NCBI GenBank assembly: GCA_036171835.1
Contig: JAVHRU010000043.1
Span: 1-45,793, forward strand
Length of the DNA: 45,793 nucleotides
Direction of reading: 5' to 3'
Source of the DNA: Sulfurimonadaceae bacterium
Lineage (GTDB): Bacteria > Campylobacterota > Campylobacteria > Campylobacterales > Sulfurimonadaceae
In this document: positions 27,038 to 45,793 of the stretch, one piece after another
Numbering within the stretch: the stretch's first letter is position 1
How the letters are laid out: every line of letters begins with the position of its first letter
Notes under the pieces: generated by a model
Told to the model about the DNA's origin: nothing
Database searches by the model: none
What the model saw: the letters and a program-made list of their open reading frames with translations, nothing else
Made by a program: the position numbers and the translations under genes

Positions 27038-27199
27038 AAGAACTCCTTAGTTTAAAAAATTGGGTCACACCAGTAACCTTAAGGCACATTATGAGTCAGA
27101 TTATCTTAAAGTTATATTAAAGTGACGATACTATTGTAATATTTCAAGTATTCGGTTTTTTTATATAAGCAAACAACTACAGCGATAATCTAAGAAAAA

Positions 27200-27216
27200 T
27201 TGGCACAACAATTGCT
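27200..27216 (+). promoter_or_regulatory. sigma54 (-24/-12) promoter of flgBC
   Basis: TTGGCAC-AACAA-TTGCT matches the TGGCAC-N5-TTGCW consensus. flgBC is RpoN-dependent in this phylum. Confidence 0.88.
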
Positions 27217-27249
27217 TTTACAGTTATAATAAATAAAAAAGGTTTGCAT

Positions 27250-27681
27250 ATGAGTCTTCAAATATCACAAGCGCGCCCTCTAATGGAACAAGCTCTAAAT
27301 TATCGATCTATGCGTCAGGATATGATTGCATCAAATATCGCTAATGCAGACACTCCATATTATAAACCGCGTGATGTAAGTTTTGAATCAACTCTTGTAC
27401 AAAAACAAAAAGAGGCATTTGGAAGTAGTACGCAAACACTTCAAATGGCAAAAACAGATGGAGAACATCTTGATGCGCTTCCTCAGCTTGACAACTCAAC
27501 CGCATCTCTCTTTTTTAGAGACGGACATATGGCGAGAAACGATGGAAACAGTGTGGATATAGACGTAGAAACAACAGAGATGAGTAAAAACTCTACGATG
27601 TACAATGCTGTTATCGCAGCGATTAAAAAAGATGAAAACATCTATAAAAGTGTTATCGACTCATCTGCGAAACTAAGCTAA
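27250..27681 (+). CDS. flgB: flagellar basal-body rod protein FlgB
   Basis: IASNIANADTPYYKPRD and RNDGNSVDIDVE. Confidence 0.96.
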   Translation: MSLQISQARPLMEQALNYRSMRQDMIASNIANADTPYYKPRDVSFESTLVQKQKEAFGSSTQTLQMAKTDGEHLDALPQLDNSTASLFFRDGHMARNDGNSVDIDVETTEMSKNSTMYNAVIAAIKKDENIYKSVIDSSAKLS

Positions 27682-27690
27682 GGATAGATT

Positions 27691-28185
27691 ATGAGCAATT
27701 TTTTAAGTAGTTTTGATATCAGCGGTTATGGGCTTTCTGCTCAAAGAACTCGTGTAAATGTCATCTCTTCAAATATCGCAAATGCACAAACAACCCGTAC
27801 TGAAGAGGGTGGACCTTACCGCCGGAGAGAAGTTATCTTCAAAGCTATCAATTTCAATGATGCTATAAATACAGCGATCAACAACCAAAATTCTTCAAAC
27901 AAATATGAAGATCCTTTGAGTGAAGGACAAGCCGGCCGTAAAGTAAACCCTGCTATAATGACTGTTAAAGTTGATAAAATATCACGTGACGATTCACAGC
28001 CGAAAATGAAATATGACCCGACAAGTCCTGATGCTGATGCAAAGGGTTATGTTGCGTACCCAAATATTAATCCTGTAGTGGAAATGGCCGATTTAGTAGA
28101 AGCAACAAGATCATATCAAGCAAATGTTGCGGCATTCGAGAGTGCTAAAAATATGGCGACTAGCGCCATTTCTCTTTTACAGTAG
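27691..28185 (+). CDS. flgC: flagellar basal-body rod protein FlgC
   Basis: SGYGLSAQR, SNIANA, GGPYRRR and YPNINPVVEMADL. Confidence 0.97.
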   Translation: MSNFLSSFDISGYGLSAQRTRVNVISSNIANAQTTRTEEGGPYRRREVIFKAINFNDAINTAINNQNSSNKYEDPLSEGQAGRKVNPAIMTVKVDKISRDDSQPKMKYDPTSPDADAKGYVAYPNINPVVEMADLVEATRSYQANVAAFESAKNMATSAISLLQ

Positions 28186-28199
28186 ACAAGGAATAAATT

Positions 28200-28502
28200 A
28201 TGGCAATAACTAGTATCGATACTCTTTCATCTACAGATATTTTAAAAAATAAATTATCATCAGCGCAAACTCCAAGTACTGGAGACGCTTTCGCTCAGTC
28301 TCTAAAATCGGCTATGAATGATGTAAATGACATGCAAGAAACAAGCGAAAAAGCTATGAGTGACATAGCAACAGGTCAAGTTAAAGATCTCCATCAAGCG
28401 GCACTTGCTATCGACAAAGCAGAAATAAGTATGAAACTGATGCTTGAAGTTAGAAATAAAGCATTGAATGCGTATCAACAAATCAGCCGAACTCAGATGT
28501 AA
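28200..28502 (+). CDS. fliE: flagellar hook-basal body protein FliE
   Basis: DLHQ...KAEISMKLMLEVRNKALNAYQQISRTQM, following flgC. Confidence 0.94.
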   Translation: MAITSIDTLSSTDILKNKLSSAQTPSTGDAFAQSLKSAMNDVNDMQETSEKAMSDIATGQVKDLHQAALAIDKAEISMKLMLEVRNKALNAYQQISRTQM

Positions 28503-28516
28503 GTAACCCGTTTTTA

Positions 28517-30325
28517 ATGCATAGTATTTCCTACAGAACAAAATCAAAAAAGACGTTTTTACTCTTTTCTATTATCTCTCTCGGTTTTTTCGTCTTTTTA
28601 AGCGTAATGCTTTTTACTGCCATCAATCCTCGTGAGATTCCTTCACTTTTCACCTCTGAAACATCTGTCGCTAAACGTGGGAGCATCATCAGTGCTGATG
28701 GATTTCATCTTGCAACGACACAAAAACTTTACAAAGCGATAGTCAATACCAGCTTTATAGATCCAAATAAGATGGATCTTTTCATTCAGCTTTATAGTAT
28801 ATATAGTAATGTCGATCCACAAACTGTGAAAGCTCTTTTAAACAAAAAAAATGGGATTGTCGTTTTAAGCTATAACCTCAATTCCAAACAGGCGCAGTCT
28901 CTGAAAAATCTCGGCTTTGAGTTAAGAAGATATAAGGTATTTCAAGAGATAGAAAATCCTACAACACATACCCGTGTCACACAGGGTCTTAGTGTCATCG
29001 AAAGTGGAGAAGCTAGGATTTATCCTTATGGAACTTTGCTTACACCTGTCATAGGATATCCACATAAAATAGAAGAAGACGGTTATACCAAAATACGCGG
29101 AGTAAAAGGTGTTGAAAAACGGTATGAAGATGAACTTTCATCAAAACAAGATGCCAAACAGTTTGCTCCGCGCGATGTTAATAACTATATGATACTCAAT
29201 AAAGACAGCTATACCAAAGCCCAGACTGACGGCTTAGATGTTAAATTAAATATTCCTGTTGTGCTTCAAATAAAAATAGAAAATATTTTAGACAAGATGA
29301 AAGAAAAACTCAACGCAGAGCATATTATGATAGTTGTTATGTCATCAAAAGATGGCAAAATTTTGTCACTTGCGAGTTCAAATAGATTTCTTCCACAAAA
29401 TATACAAAAACAGGATTATCCTTCGCTTAATACTTGGGCTATCGAGTATGCTTTTGAACCTGGTTCTGTTATCAAACCACTGACATTTACTCTATTACTA
29501 GAAAAACATCTCATCAATCCTTATGATATGGTCAATGGGCATGGCGGAAAATTTCAAATGGGTAGAAAAGTGATCACGGATGAGCATAAGTTTGATATGC
29601 TCAGTGCCGAGGATGTTATCGTCTACTCATCAAATATCGGTATGGCGCAACTTGCACAAAAACTTACAGGAATGGACTTTTATGAAGGACTCTCTAACTT
29701 TGGGCTTGCACATAAAACCAATATCGATCTTTCATACGAAAAAGAGGGGCAGATTCCTAATTCATCACAACTCAGCGATGAAATATACAAGGCAACCGCA
29801 TCTTATGGATATGGAATGAAAGTGACACTGATGCAGCTTGTCAATGCCTACAATGCTTTTAATAACAACGGGAAAGAGGTTACTCCTGTCTTAGTAAATT
29901 CACTTATCGACAAATTTGGCAAAGTAACTCCGATTCCTATTGACCCTGGGAAACAGGTTGTTGGCCCTACAACGGCAAGTATGATGAAAAAAATTCTTAT
30001 TAAAACTGTGATGGAAGGAACGGGAACAAAGGCGAGCACTCCAGGATTAGAGATAGGCGGAAAGACCGGAACTGCGCATATTGTAGAATCAGGATCGTAT
30101 GTTGCTAAGTACAATACTTCGTTTGTAGGTTTTGCCAATGATGGAAAAAATAGCTATACGATAGGTGTTGTCGTCATTCAACCAAAAGGAGAGTACTTTG
30201 CCGCACAAACATCTGTTCCTATCTTTAAACAGATCATTGATACTATGGTTGAAGAAAAATACTTAAAGCCAAATGTTGTCCAACAAGCGAGTGACGCCAA
30301 CAACAGCCTCCACCAAAATCATTGA
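28517..30325 (+). CDS. ftsI: class B penicillin-binding protein (FtsI/PBP3-like)
   Basis: KRGSIISADG, EPGSVIKP (SxxK), SSN (SxN) and GKTGTA (KTG). Confidence 0.88.
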   Translation: MHSISYRTKSKKTFLLFSIISLGFFVFLSVMLFTAINPREIPSLFTSETSVAKRGSIISADGFHLATTQKLYKAIVNTSFIDPNKMDLFIQLYSIYSNVDPQTVKALLNKKNGIVVLSYNLNSKQAQSLKNLGFELRRYKVFQEIENPTTHTRVTQGLSVIESGEARIYPYGTLLTPVIGYPHKIEEDGYTKIRGVKGVEKRYEDELSSKQDAKQFAPRDVNNYMILNKDSYTKAQTDGLDVKLNIPVVLQIKIENILDKMKEKLNAEHIMIVVMSSKDGKILSLASSNRFLPQNIQKQDYPSLNTWAIEYAFEPGSVIKPLTFTLLLEKHLINPYDMVNGHGGKFQMGRKVITDEHKFDMLSAEDVIVYSSNIGMAQLAQKLTGMDFYEGLSNFGLAHKTNIDLSYEKEGQIPNSSQLSDEIYKATASYGYGMKVTLMQLVNAYNAFNNNGKEVTPVLVNSLIDKFGKVTPIPIDPGKQVVGPTTASMMKKILIKTVMEGTGTKASTPGLEIGGKTGTAHIVESGSYVAKYNTSFVGFANDGKNSYTIGVVVIQPKGEYFAAQTSVPIFKQIIDTMVEEKYLKPNVVQQASDANNSLHQNH

Positions 30326-31084
30326 GTTGCCTGTTTCTACCTTTGTAAGTGGGACAAACTCGCGATTTACAATCGCTATATAAGAAACTTCCAGCGGAGC
30401 TAGGATAGCTTCCATCTCCTTAATGATGATCTCAACATCATACTCCTTTACTATAACTAAACTCGTCGCCTTTTTTAAAGCTGATGGAATTTTTAGCGCT
30501 TCAGTTCTCTCATGAGCGCTAAGATAGTCATTTCTACTGCTTAGTGCCAAACCTAAACTATCGCGCATCGTTTCAACGGGCACAATATTGACATCCATAA
30601 ACATCTGTTTGACCATCAAAGTAATCAGTTTTAACTGTTGCGCATCTTTTTTTCCAAAATAGGCATTTGTCGGATTGACGATGTTAAGAAGTTTCATCAC
30701 TACAGTTAAAACACCGCTAAAATGTCCGGGGCGCGTTGCACCCTCAAGGATATAACCACGCACATTTGGAGCGCAAACTCTTACTTCATCTTTCTCATAA
30801 ATATCCTCTGCGCTTGGATAAAAAAGATAATCAACTCCAGCAAGTTCACATACACGTTTATCTGCTTGTTCACGTCTTGGATATTTTTCTAAATCTTCAC
30901 CCTTTAAAAACTGTGTTGGATTTACAAAAATAGAGACGACGACAATCTCATTTTCCTCTTTTGCTTTTTTGATTAATGATAGATGTCCACTATGTAGTGC
31001 GCCCATTGTAGGAATGAAACCAATGCTTACATGTAAAGCTCTTAGCTCATCTTTAAGCTCGTGTGGCGATTGAAAAACTCTCAT
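30263..31084 (-). CDS. panC: pantoate-beta-alanine ligase
   Basis: PTMGALHSGH, SIFVNPTQF, RPGHF, FGKKD, LALSSRN and RLLDN. Start moved to the ATG at 31084. Confidence 0.96.
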   Translation of the reverse strand: MRVFQSPHELKDELRALHVSIGFIPTMGALHSGHLSLIKKAKEENEIVVVSIFVNPTQFLKGEDLEKYPRREQADKRVCELAGVDYLFYPSAEDIYEKDEVRVCAPNVRGYILEGATRPGHFSGVLTVVMKLLNIVNPTNAYFGKKDAQQLKLITLMVKQMFMDVNIVPVETMRDSLGLALSSRNDYLSAHERTEALKIPSALKKATSLVIVKEYDVEIIIKEMEAILAPLEVSYIAIVNREFVPLTKVETGNSMILVEAVVGVTRLLDNIWL

Positions 31085-31139
31085 TTTTAAGCCTCTGTGA
31101 TATATAATCGCAATTATACTATATGACAGGATAGAACCT

Positions 31140-32240
31140 ATGGACAATTATGAATATACGGAACTTTTAAAAACATTACAACTAAAAATGAAAAATATTG
31201 CAGGTGTTGTTGAGCCAAAAAAGATTGAAGCAAAACTGCAAGAAATAAAAGAGATGGAAAATGATCAGAATTTTTGGAACGACGCAGCCAACGCAGCGAT
31301 CGTACAAAAAGAAAAAACTCAACTTGAACGAAAATTAGAAAGATATCATGATGCCGCAGCTGCTGTCACAGATGCGCAAGAGCTCTATGAGATGGCTCAA
31401 GATGAAAGCGATGAAGAGACAGTACAGACACTTTTTAATGAGTCTGAGCGCCTAGAGAACTATGTAAGACAGATGGAGATCAGTGTTTTATTAAGCGGTG
31501 AAACAGATGCAAATAATGCCATACTTTCTATTCACCCTGGAGCTGGTGGAACGGAGTCACAAGACTGGGCTTCTATGCTTCTTAGAATGTATACAAGATG
31601 GTCTGAGAGACACGGATTTAAAGTTGAAACACTTGATTATCAAAATGGAGAGGAAGCGGGTATTAAAGATGCGTCAATTTTAATATCGGGTGAAAATGCT
31701 TATGGATATCTCAAAGTTGAAAGTGGGATTCATCGTCTTGTGCGTATCTCCCCTTTTGACTCAAACGCTAAGCGCCACACCTCTTTTACCTCAGTTGTCG
31801 TTTCTCCGGAAATCGATGACAACATTAACATCGTGATAGAAGATAAAGATATTCGTATAGACACTTATCGTGCTTCTGGTGCAGGTGGACAACATGTTAA
31901 CAAGACAGAATCTGCAATCCGTATCACACACATTGCAACTGGCGTAGTCGTCCAGTGTCAAAACGACAGAAGTCAACATAAAAATAAAGCTTTTGCGATG
32001 AAAATGTTGAAATCACGTTTGTATGAGTATGAACTTGAAATTCAAAAAGCAAAAGAAGCAGGAATCGAAAAAAGTGAGATCGGCTGGGGTCACCAGATCC
32101 GTTCCTATGTACTTCAACCCTATCAGCAGGTCAAAGATACTCGAAGCAATGAGGCATTTAGCAATGTCAGCGCTATCTTAGATGGAGATATTGATGCTAT
32201 GATCGAAGGCGTTCTCATAGCACAAAACCGATCTTCATAA
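31140..32240 (+). CDS. prfB: peptide chain release factor 2 (no programmed frameshift)
   Basis: SPF specificity tripeptide (RISPFD), GGQ motif and WGHQIRSY in a single continuous ORF. Confidence 0.97.
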   Translation: MDNYEYTELLKTLQLKMKNIAGVVEPKKIEAKLQEIKEMENDQNFWNDAANAAIVQKEKTQLERKLERYHDAAAAVTDAQELYEMAQDESDEETVQTLFNESERLENYVRQMEISVLLSGETDANNAILSIHPGAGGTESQDWASMLLRMYTRWSERHGFKVETLDYQNGEEAGIKDASILISGENAYGYLKVESGIHRLVRISPFDSNAKRHTSFTSVVVSPEIDDNINIVIEDKDIRIDTYRASGAGGQHVNKTESAIRITHIATGVVVQCQNDRSQHKNKAFAMKMLKSRLYEYELEIQKAKEAGIEKSEIGWGHQIRSYVLQPYQQVKDTRSNEAFSNVSAILDGDIDAMIEGVLIAQNRSS

Positions 32241-32267
32241 TATATATTTTTGAAATAAAATACCCGT

Positions 32268-32981
32268 ATGAAATTACTAAGTGAATGTACATTTACCGAC
32301 AAATGCTCTTATCTCAAAGATAAGCAGCAAACTGCACACTATAAAATCCTCTCCGAATGTAGTACTGAATATTGTACCACTCTTGTACAAAGAGGATGGA
32401 GAAGATTTGGAAAGATGTTTTTTAGACCGATATGTGCAGATTGTCAAGAGTGTCAAAGTATAAAAATTGATGTGATAAACTATAATTTTTCAAAATCTGA
32501 AAGAAGAATTATCAAAAAAAACAGTAGTATAAACTCGATTATTCAAACACCAACAGTCAGTTATGAGCATATTAATCTATTTAATAAATATCATGATTAT
32601 ATGCATGAAAATAAAAAGTGGGACAATAATCAAACCGACATTAAAAATTATTACACCTCTTTTGTTTCTGGACATGACAATTTTGGATATGAGATTTTAT
32701 ATTATGATGAAAATAAGCTAATTGGGGTTGATTTAATTGATATCTTAGAAGATGGCATCTCATCAATTTACTTTTATTATGACCCTGAGTACAAACATCT
32801 TTCCCTTGGTAAATACTCACTATATAGACAAATAAATCTAGCGAAAGTGCTCAAAAAACCTTGGATATATCTTGGATACTATGTCAAAGATTGTCCGAGT
32901 TTATCTTATAAAAATCAATTCTCACCATATAGGATATTACAAAACCGTCCAACAGATCTAGAACAAGACATTTGGAATTAA
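32268..32981 (+). CDS. ATE-like aspartate/glutamate leucyltransferase (Bpt)
   Basis: CSYL, GWRRFG...FRPIC..C..C, SSIYFYYDP...SLGKY and YLGYYV..C.SL.YK. Confidence 0.9.
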   Translation: MKLLSECTFTDKCSYLKDKQQTAHYKILSECSTEYCTTLVQRGWRRFGKMFFRPICADCQECQSIKIDVINYNFSKSERRIIKKNSSINSIIQTPTVSYEHINLFNKYHDYMHENKKWDNNQTDIKNYYTSFVSGHDNFGYEILYYDENKLIGVDLIDILEDGISSIYFYYDPEYKHLSLGKYSLYRQINLAKVLKKPWIYLGYYVKDCPSLSYKNQFSPYRILQNRPTDLEQDIWN

Positions 32982-33049
32982 TAGCTTTAATATAAGAAGA
33001 TTGTGTTGAGTGTAAAAAATGAGATTGAGAAAAAGAGTTGGAGTTAGGA

Positions 33050-33068
33050 TTGCCCCCAAAAGGGGCAA
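33050..33068. terminator. GC-rich hairpin between convergent fusA and bpt
   Basis: TTGCCCC-CAAAA-GGGGCAA, 12 nt past the fusA stop. Confidence 0.65.
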
Positions 33069-33080
33069 CAAAGTGAAAGA

Positions 33081-35171
33081 CTAGCCGTTACGTTTTTTGA
33101 TAATCTCTTCAGAAACGTTTCTTGGAACTTCTTCGTAATGGTGAAATTCCATAGAATAAGTACCACGTCCTTGAGTAGATGAACGAAGGTCAGTTGAATA
33201 ACCAAACATTTCAGAAAGTGGAACATAAGCATCAACGATTTTGTTTCCAGAACGGTCACCCATATTGTTGATCTGTCCACGACGACGGTTAAGGTCACCG
33301 ATAACATCACCCATATAATCTTCAGGAACTTCAACTTCAACTTTCATCAATGGCTCTAGAATCGCAGCGCCTGCTTTTCTACAACCCTCTTTGAATCCCA
33401 TTGAAGCAGCTAGTTTAAACGCCATCTCATTAGAGTCGACCTCATGGTACGAACCATCATATACAGAAACTTCAATATCTTCAAGTGGATAACCAGCAAG
33501 TACACCGCCCTGCATTGCTTCAACGATACCTTTTTCAATTGCAGGAATATACTCTTTTGGAATAACTCCACCTTTGATATCATTGTTGAATTTGAATCCA
33601 GCGCCAGCTTCGTTTGGCTTGATACGTAAGAATACGTGGCCAAATTGTCCACGACCACCAGATTGTTTTGCGTATTTGTACTCTTGAGCAACTTCAGTTT
33701 TGATCGCTTCACGGTAAGAAACTTGTGGAGCACCAACTTCAGCTTCAACTTTGAACTCACGTTTCATACGGTCAACGATGATCTCAAGGTGTAACTCACC
33801 CATTCCTGAAATAATTGTTTGACCTGTTTCATCATCTGTATGAACTCTAAAAGATGGATCTTCTGCAGCAAGTTTACTTAATGCAAGACCCATTTTTTCT
33901 TGGTCAGCTTTAGTTTTTGGCTCAACTGCAACAGAGATAACCGGTTCAGGGAAAACCATACGCTCTAGGATTACTTTATCGTCTTCACTACATAAAGTAT
34001 CACCTGTTGTTGAATATTTCAAACCAACAACTGCACCGATTTCACCAGCGTAAATCTCTTTTACTTCTTCACGTTTAATCGCATGCATTTTTACGATACG
34101 ACCAATACGCTCTCTCTTATCTTTTGTAGTATTATGCACGAATGAACCCGCTTCTAGTGAACCACGGTAAACACGGATAAAAGTTAAAGTTCCAACAAAT
34201 GGATCTGTCATAATTTTAAAAGCTAGAGCGGCAAATTTTCCTTCATCTGTAGAAGGAACAATTACTTCAATCTCTTCATCATCCATCATCGTACCCTTAA
34301 TCGGAGCACACTCAGTTGGTGATGGAAGATAAGCAACAACAGCGTCAAGTAAAGTTTGAACACCTTTGTTTTTAAATGCAGTTCCAGCAGTCATTGGAAC
34401 GATTTCCATCGCTAAAGTTGCTGCTTTGATACCTGCAATAATCTCTTCTTCAGTAAGTTCAATACCTTCAAGAAATTTTTCCATCAACTCTTCGTTACCA
34501 TCAACACCAGAGATAGACTCAATCATTTTCTCACGGTATTCATTCGCTTTGTCGACCATATCAGCTGGAATCTCTTCAACGTGGTAGTTTGAACCCATTG
34601 CTGCATCTATATCCCATACGATAGCTTTCATTTTTACAAGGTCAACGATACCTGTAAATGTATCTTCTGCACCGATTGGAAGTTGAATAGGAACCGGATT
34701 ACCTTTTAGACGATCACGAATTTGACCTTCAACGTTATAAAAGTCTGCACCAGTTCTATCCATTTTGTTAACAAATACAATTGACGGTACGCCATAACGA
34801 TTTCTTTGTCTCCAAACTGTCTCAGATTGTGGTTGAACCCCACCAACTGCACAAAATACTGAAACTGCACCATCAAGTACACGCATAGAACGCTCAACTT
34901 CAATTGTAAAGTCAACGTGGCCCGGAGTATCAATAATATTAATCTGTCTTCCATCCCATTCACAAGTTGTAGCAGCAGAAGTAATTGTAATACCTCTTTC
35001 TTGTTCTTGCTCCATCCAGTCCATAGTAGCAGCACCGTCATGAACCTCACCGATTTTATGTTCAACACCTGTATAGAACAAAATACGTTCTGTTGTTGTT
35101 GTTTTTCCTGCATCAATGTGTGCAGCAATACCGATATTTCTTACATCTTCTAGCTTGTGTGATCTTGCCAT
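33081..35171 (-). CDS. fusA: elongation factor G
   Basis: [23 protein letters not shown] and GMGELHLE. Confidence 0.99.
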   Translation of the reverse strand: MARSHKLEDVRNIGIAAHIDAGKTTTTERILFYTGVEHKIGEVHDGAATMDWMEQEQERGITITSAATTCEWDGRQINIIDTPGHVDFTIEVERSMRVLDGAVSVFCAVGGVQPQSETVWRQRNRYGVPSIVFVNKMDRTGADFYNVEGQIRDRLKGNPVPIQLPIGAEDTFTGIVDLVKMKAIVWDIDAAMGSNYHVEEIPADMVDKANEYREKMIESISGVDGNEELMEKFLEGIELTEEEIIAGIKAATLAMEIVPMTAGTAFKNKGVQTLLDAVVAYLPSPTECAPIKGTMMDDEEIEVIVPSTDEGKFAALAFKIMTDPFVGTLTFIRVYRGSLEAGSFVHNTTKDKRERIGRIVKMHAIKREEVKEIYAGEIGAVVGLKYSTTGDTLCSEDDKVILERMVFPEPVISVAVEPKTKADQEKMGLALSKLAAEDPSFRVHTDDETGQTIISGMGELHLEIIVDRMKREFKVEAEVGAPQVSYREAIKTEVAQEYKYAKQSGGRGQFGHVFLRIKPNEAGAGFKFNNDIKGGVIPKEYIPAIEKGIVEAMQGGVLAGYPLEDIEVSVYDGSYHEVDSNEMAFKLAASMGFKEGCRKAGAAILEPLMKVEVEVPEDYMGDVIGDLNRRRGQINNMGDRSGNKIVDAYVPLSEMFGYSTDLRSSTQGRGTYSMEFHHYEEVPRNVSEEIIKKRNG

Positions 35172-35299
35172 ATTATTACCTTAAAAAAAACTTTGATTTT
35201 GAAGAGCTGAACCTCTTTTCTAAAAGGAAGATTTCATCTTAGAAAAGAGGTTTACATGTAGGAACTTCACACAAGGTGAAGTTCAACAAAAAGTAGGTA

Positions 35300-35806
<507 letters not shown>

Positions 35807-35886
35807 TCAAAATGCTTCCCTTTTGTAAGAGAATTCATCCTGTGCTCGCTTGAATCTTGTGTTTGCAAACATCTCAAACTTTGAGA

Positions 35887-36267
35887 TTATTTTGCAGCTT
35901 TAGGTTTTTTAGTTCCATATTTAGAACGAGCAACTTTACGGTCTTTAACACCAGCACTATCAAGCGCACCACGTACGATATGATATTTAACCCCTGGTAA
36001 ATCCTTAATACGACCACCACGAACAAGTACTATTGAGTGTTCTTGAAGGTTGTGACCCTCTCCACCGATATATGAAATAACTTCGAATCCAGAAGTTAAA
36101 CGAACTTTTGCGACTTTACGTAAAGCCGAGTTAGGTTTTTTTGGTGTAGTAGTGTAAACACGAGTACAAACACCACGACGTTGTGGACACGAAACAAGCG
36201 CAGGTGATTTAGATTTTTTAACCACTTTTTTACGCTCATTACGAATCAATTGGTTGATTGTAGGCAT
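35887..36267 (-). CDS. rpsL: 30S ribosomal protein S12
   Basis: [17 protein letters not shown] and KDLPGVKY. Confidence 0.99.
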   Translation of the reverse strand: MPTINQLIRNERKKVVKKSKSPALVSCPQRRGVCTRVYTTTPKKPNSALRKVAKVRLTSGFEVISYIGGEGHNLQEHSIVLVRGGRIKDLPGVKYHIVRGALDSAGVKDRKVARSKYGTKKPKAAK

Positions 36268-36421
36268 ACAATTCCTTTCTTAAATGTTCCAGTAGAATTT
36301 AACTCTTCAACATCCGGCAAAGATGAGAGAATTATAAACGCGTAATTTTACAGAATAAGCGATTAAAGTTTGCTTATTTTAAGAATATATTAAAGTGATG
36401 TAAATGAAGTGGAGAGAATAT

Positions 36422-36450
36422 TTACATGTAAGCGCTTTGCTTACATGTAA
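36422..36450. terminator. 12-bp perfect hairpin built from two copies of the TTACATGTAA palindrome, downstream of rpoC
   Basis: TTACATGTAAGC-GCTTT-GCTTACATGTAA, 9 nt past the rpoC stop. The U-tract is weak. Confidence 0.6.
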
Positions 36451-36459
36451 GAAGGTTGA

Positions 36460-45121
<8,662 letters not shown>

Positions 45122-45173
45122 CTACCTCTAAGTAAGTTAGTGCATAATCTATAAAATAGATCATTAATATCGT

Positions 45174-45306
45174 GTTCAAGCGTCCTTGAACAGAACCATA
45201 ATTAAAGCTAATATGGATATAAACGACAGAAAGGCACTTTTATAGTATGACGTAAATCATACCACAAAAGTGCCTGTATCTTTTTTGAAGGCGCAGAGCC
45301 TTCAAA
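45174..45306 (-). promoter_or_regulatory. structured rplL-rpoB intercistronic leader (three hairpins)
   Basis: TTTGAAGGC/GCCTTCAAA (45284-45306), AGGCACTTTT/AAAAGTGCCT (45232-45275) and GTTCAAG/CTTGAAC (45174-45191). Confidence 0.6.
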
Positions 45307-45318
45307 GAAATTAAATAA

Positions 45319-45687
45319 TTATTTAACTTCTACCTTAGCACCAGCTTCTTCAAGTTGTTTTTTAGCATCTTCTGCAGTTGCTTTATCAACGCCTTCTTTG
45401 ATTGTTGAAGGAACGTTTTCACTTGCATCTTTTGCTTCTTTAAGGCCTAGACCAGTAAGAGCACGTACAACTTTAATTACGTTAATTTTTTTATCGCCAG
45501 CATCTAAGATGATAACATCAAACTCAGTTTTTTCTTCAACTGCTTCAGCAGCTACAGCGCCACCAGCAACAGCAACAGGTTGTGCAGATACGCCAAATTT
45601 TTCTTCGAACTCTTTTACAAGTTCAGATAACTCAAGTACAGATAATCCAGATATGAATTCTAATACGTCTTCTTTAGTAACAGCCAT
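45319..45687 (-). CDS. rplL: 50S ribosomal protein L7/L12
   Basis: [25 protein letters not shown] and [15 protein letters not shown] before the ATG at 45687. Confidence 0.99.
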   Translation of the reverse strand: MAVTKEDVLEFISGLSVLELSELVKEFEEKFGVSAQPVAVAGGAVAAEAVEEKTEFDVIILDAGDKKINVIKVVRALTGLGLKEAKDASENVPSTIKEGVDKATAEDAKKQLEEAGAKVEVK

Positions 45688-45734
45688 AGTGTTCTCCATT
45701 TTTTATTTTATTTTTATAAATCAAAAGAAGCAAA

Positions 45735-45793
45735 TTACGCTTCCTCTTTTTGTCTTTTTAATGCATCTAAACCGATTGTGAAGTTTCTGATTG
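45735..45793 (-). CDS. rplJ: 50S ribosomal protein L10, 3' end (partial, runs off window)
   Basis: Manual translation ...IRNFTIGLDALKRQKEEA*, located directly upstream of rplL. Confidence 0.85.
   Translation of the reverse strand, partial: IRNFTIGLDALKRQKEEA

Noticed and set aside
31140-32240. Programmed +1 frameshift in prfB
   Set aside because: The ORF is continuous with no CTT-TGA slippery site near the start, which is normal for this phylum.
32982-33080. Missing tuf downstream of fusA
   Set aside because: In Campylobacterota tuf normally lies upstream of the rplKAJL-rpoBC cluster, outside this window.
33044-35153. Alternative-frame and antisense ORFs within fusA (and similar ones in rpoBC, rplL, dnaB, ispG, flgC-fliE and elsewhere)
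   Set aside because: These are shadow ORFs from codon bias in well-conserved genes, with no recognisable motifs.

Overview
AT-rich chromosomal window from a Campylobacterota (Epsilonproteobacteria) organism, probably Sulfurimonas/Sulfuricurvum-like. The taxonomy is inferred from protein sequences, unfused rpoB/rpoC, no tuf after fusA, a frameshift-free prfB and a sigma54 flgBC promoter. Contents from left to right: galU; a pyrC-response regulator-kinase-exbBD run; two lipoproteins and a phosphomannomutase; two divergent diguanylate cyclases; a six-gene block (membrane protein, Rep3-like winged-helix protein, DEDDh exonuclease, BRCT/LRV-like repeat protein, MoxR-type AAA+ ATPase, DUF2201/vWA protein); an arsR/arsB locus with a small Cys-rich gene; yihY; a pilin-pilin-priA-ispG-dnaB-comEC run; flgBC-fliE-ftsI; panC; prfB; bpt; and the rplJL-rpoBC-rpsLG-fusA core. 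I saw no tRNA, rRNA, CRISPR array or transposase. The most striking unexplained signal is a dispersed palindrome, CTTACATGTAAG. By hand count there are 8 perfect 12-mers and 21 TACATGTA cores. The perfect copies cluster in comEC and priA, and two copies form a hairpin after rpoC. This resembles a DNA-uptake-sequence or HIP1-like genome tag and sits beside the competence genes. All counts are manual and no database searches were run.
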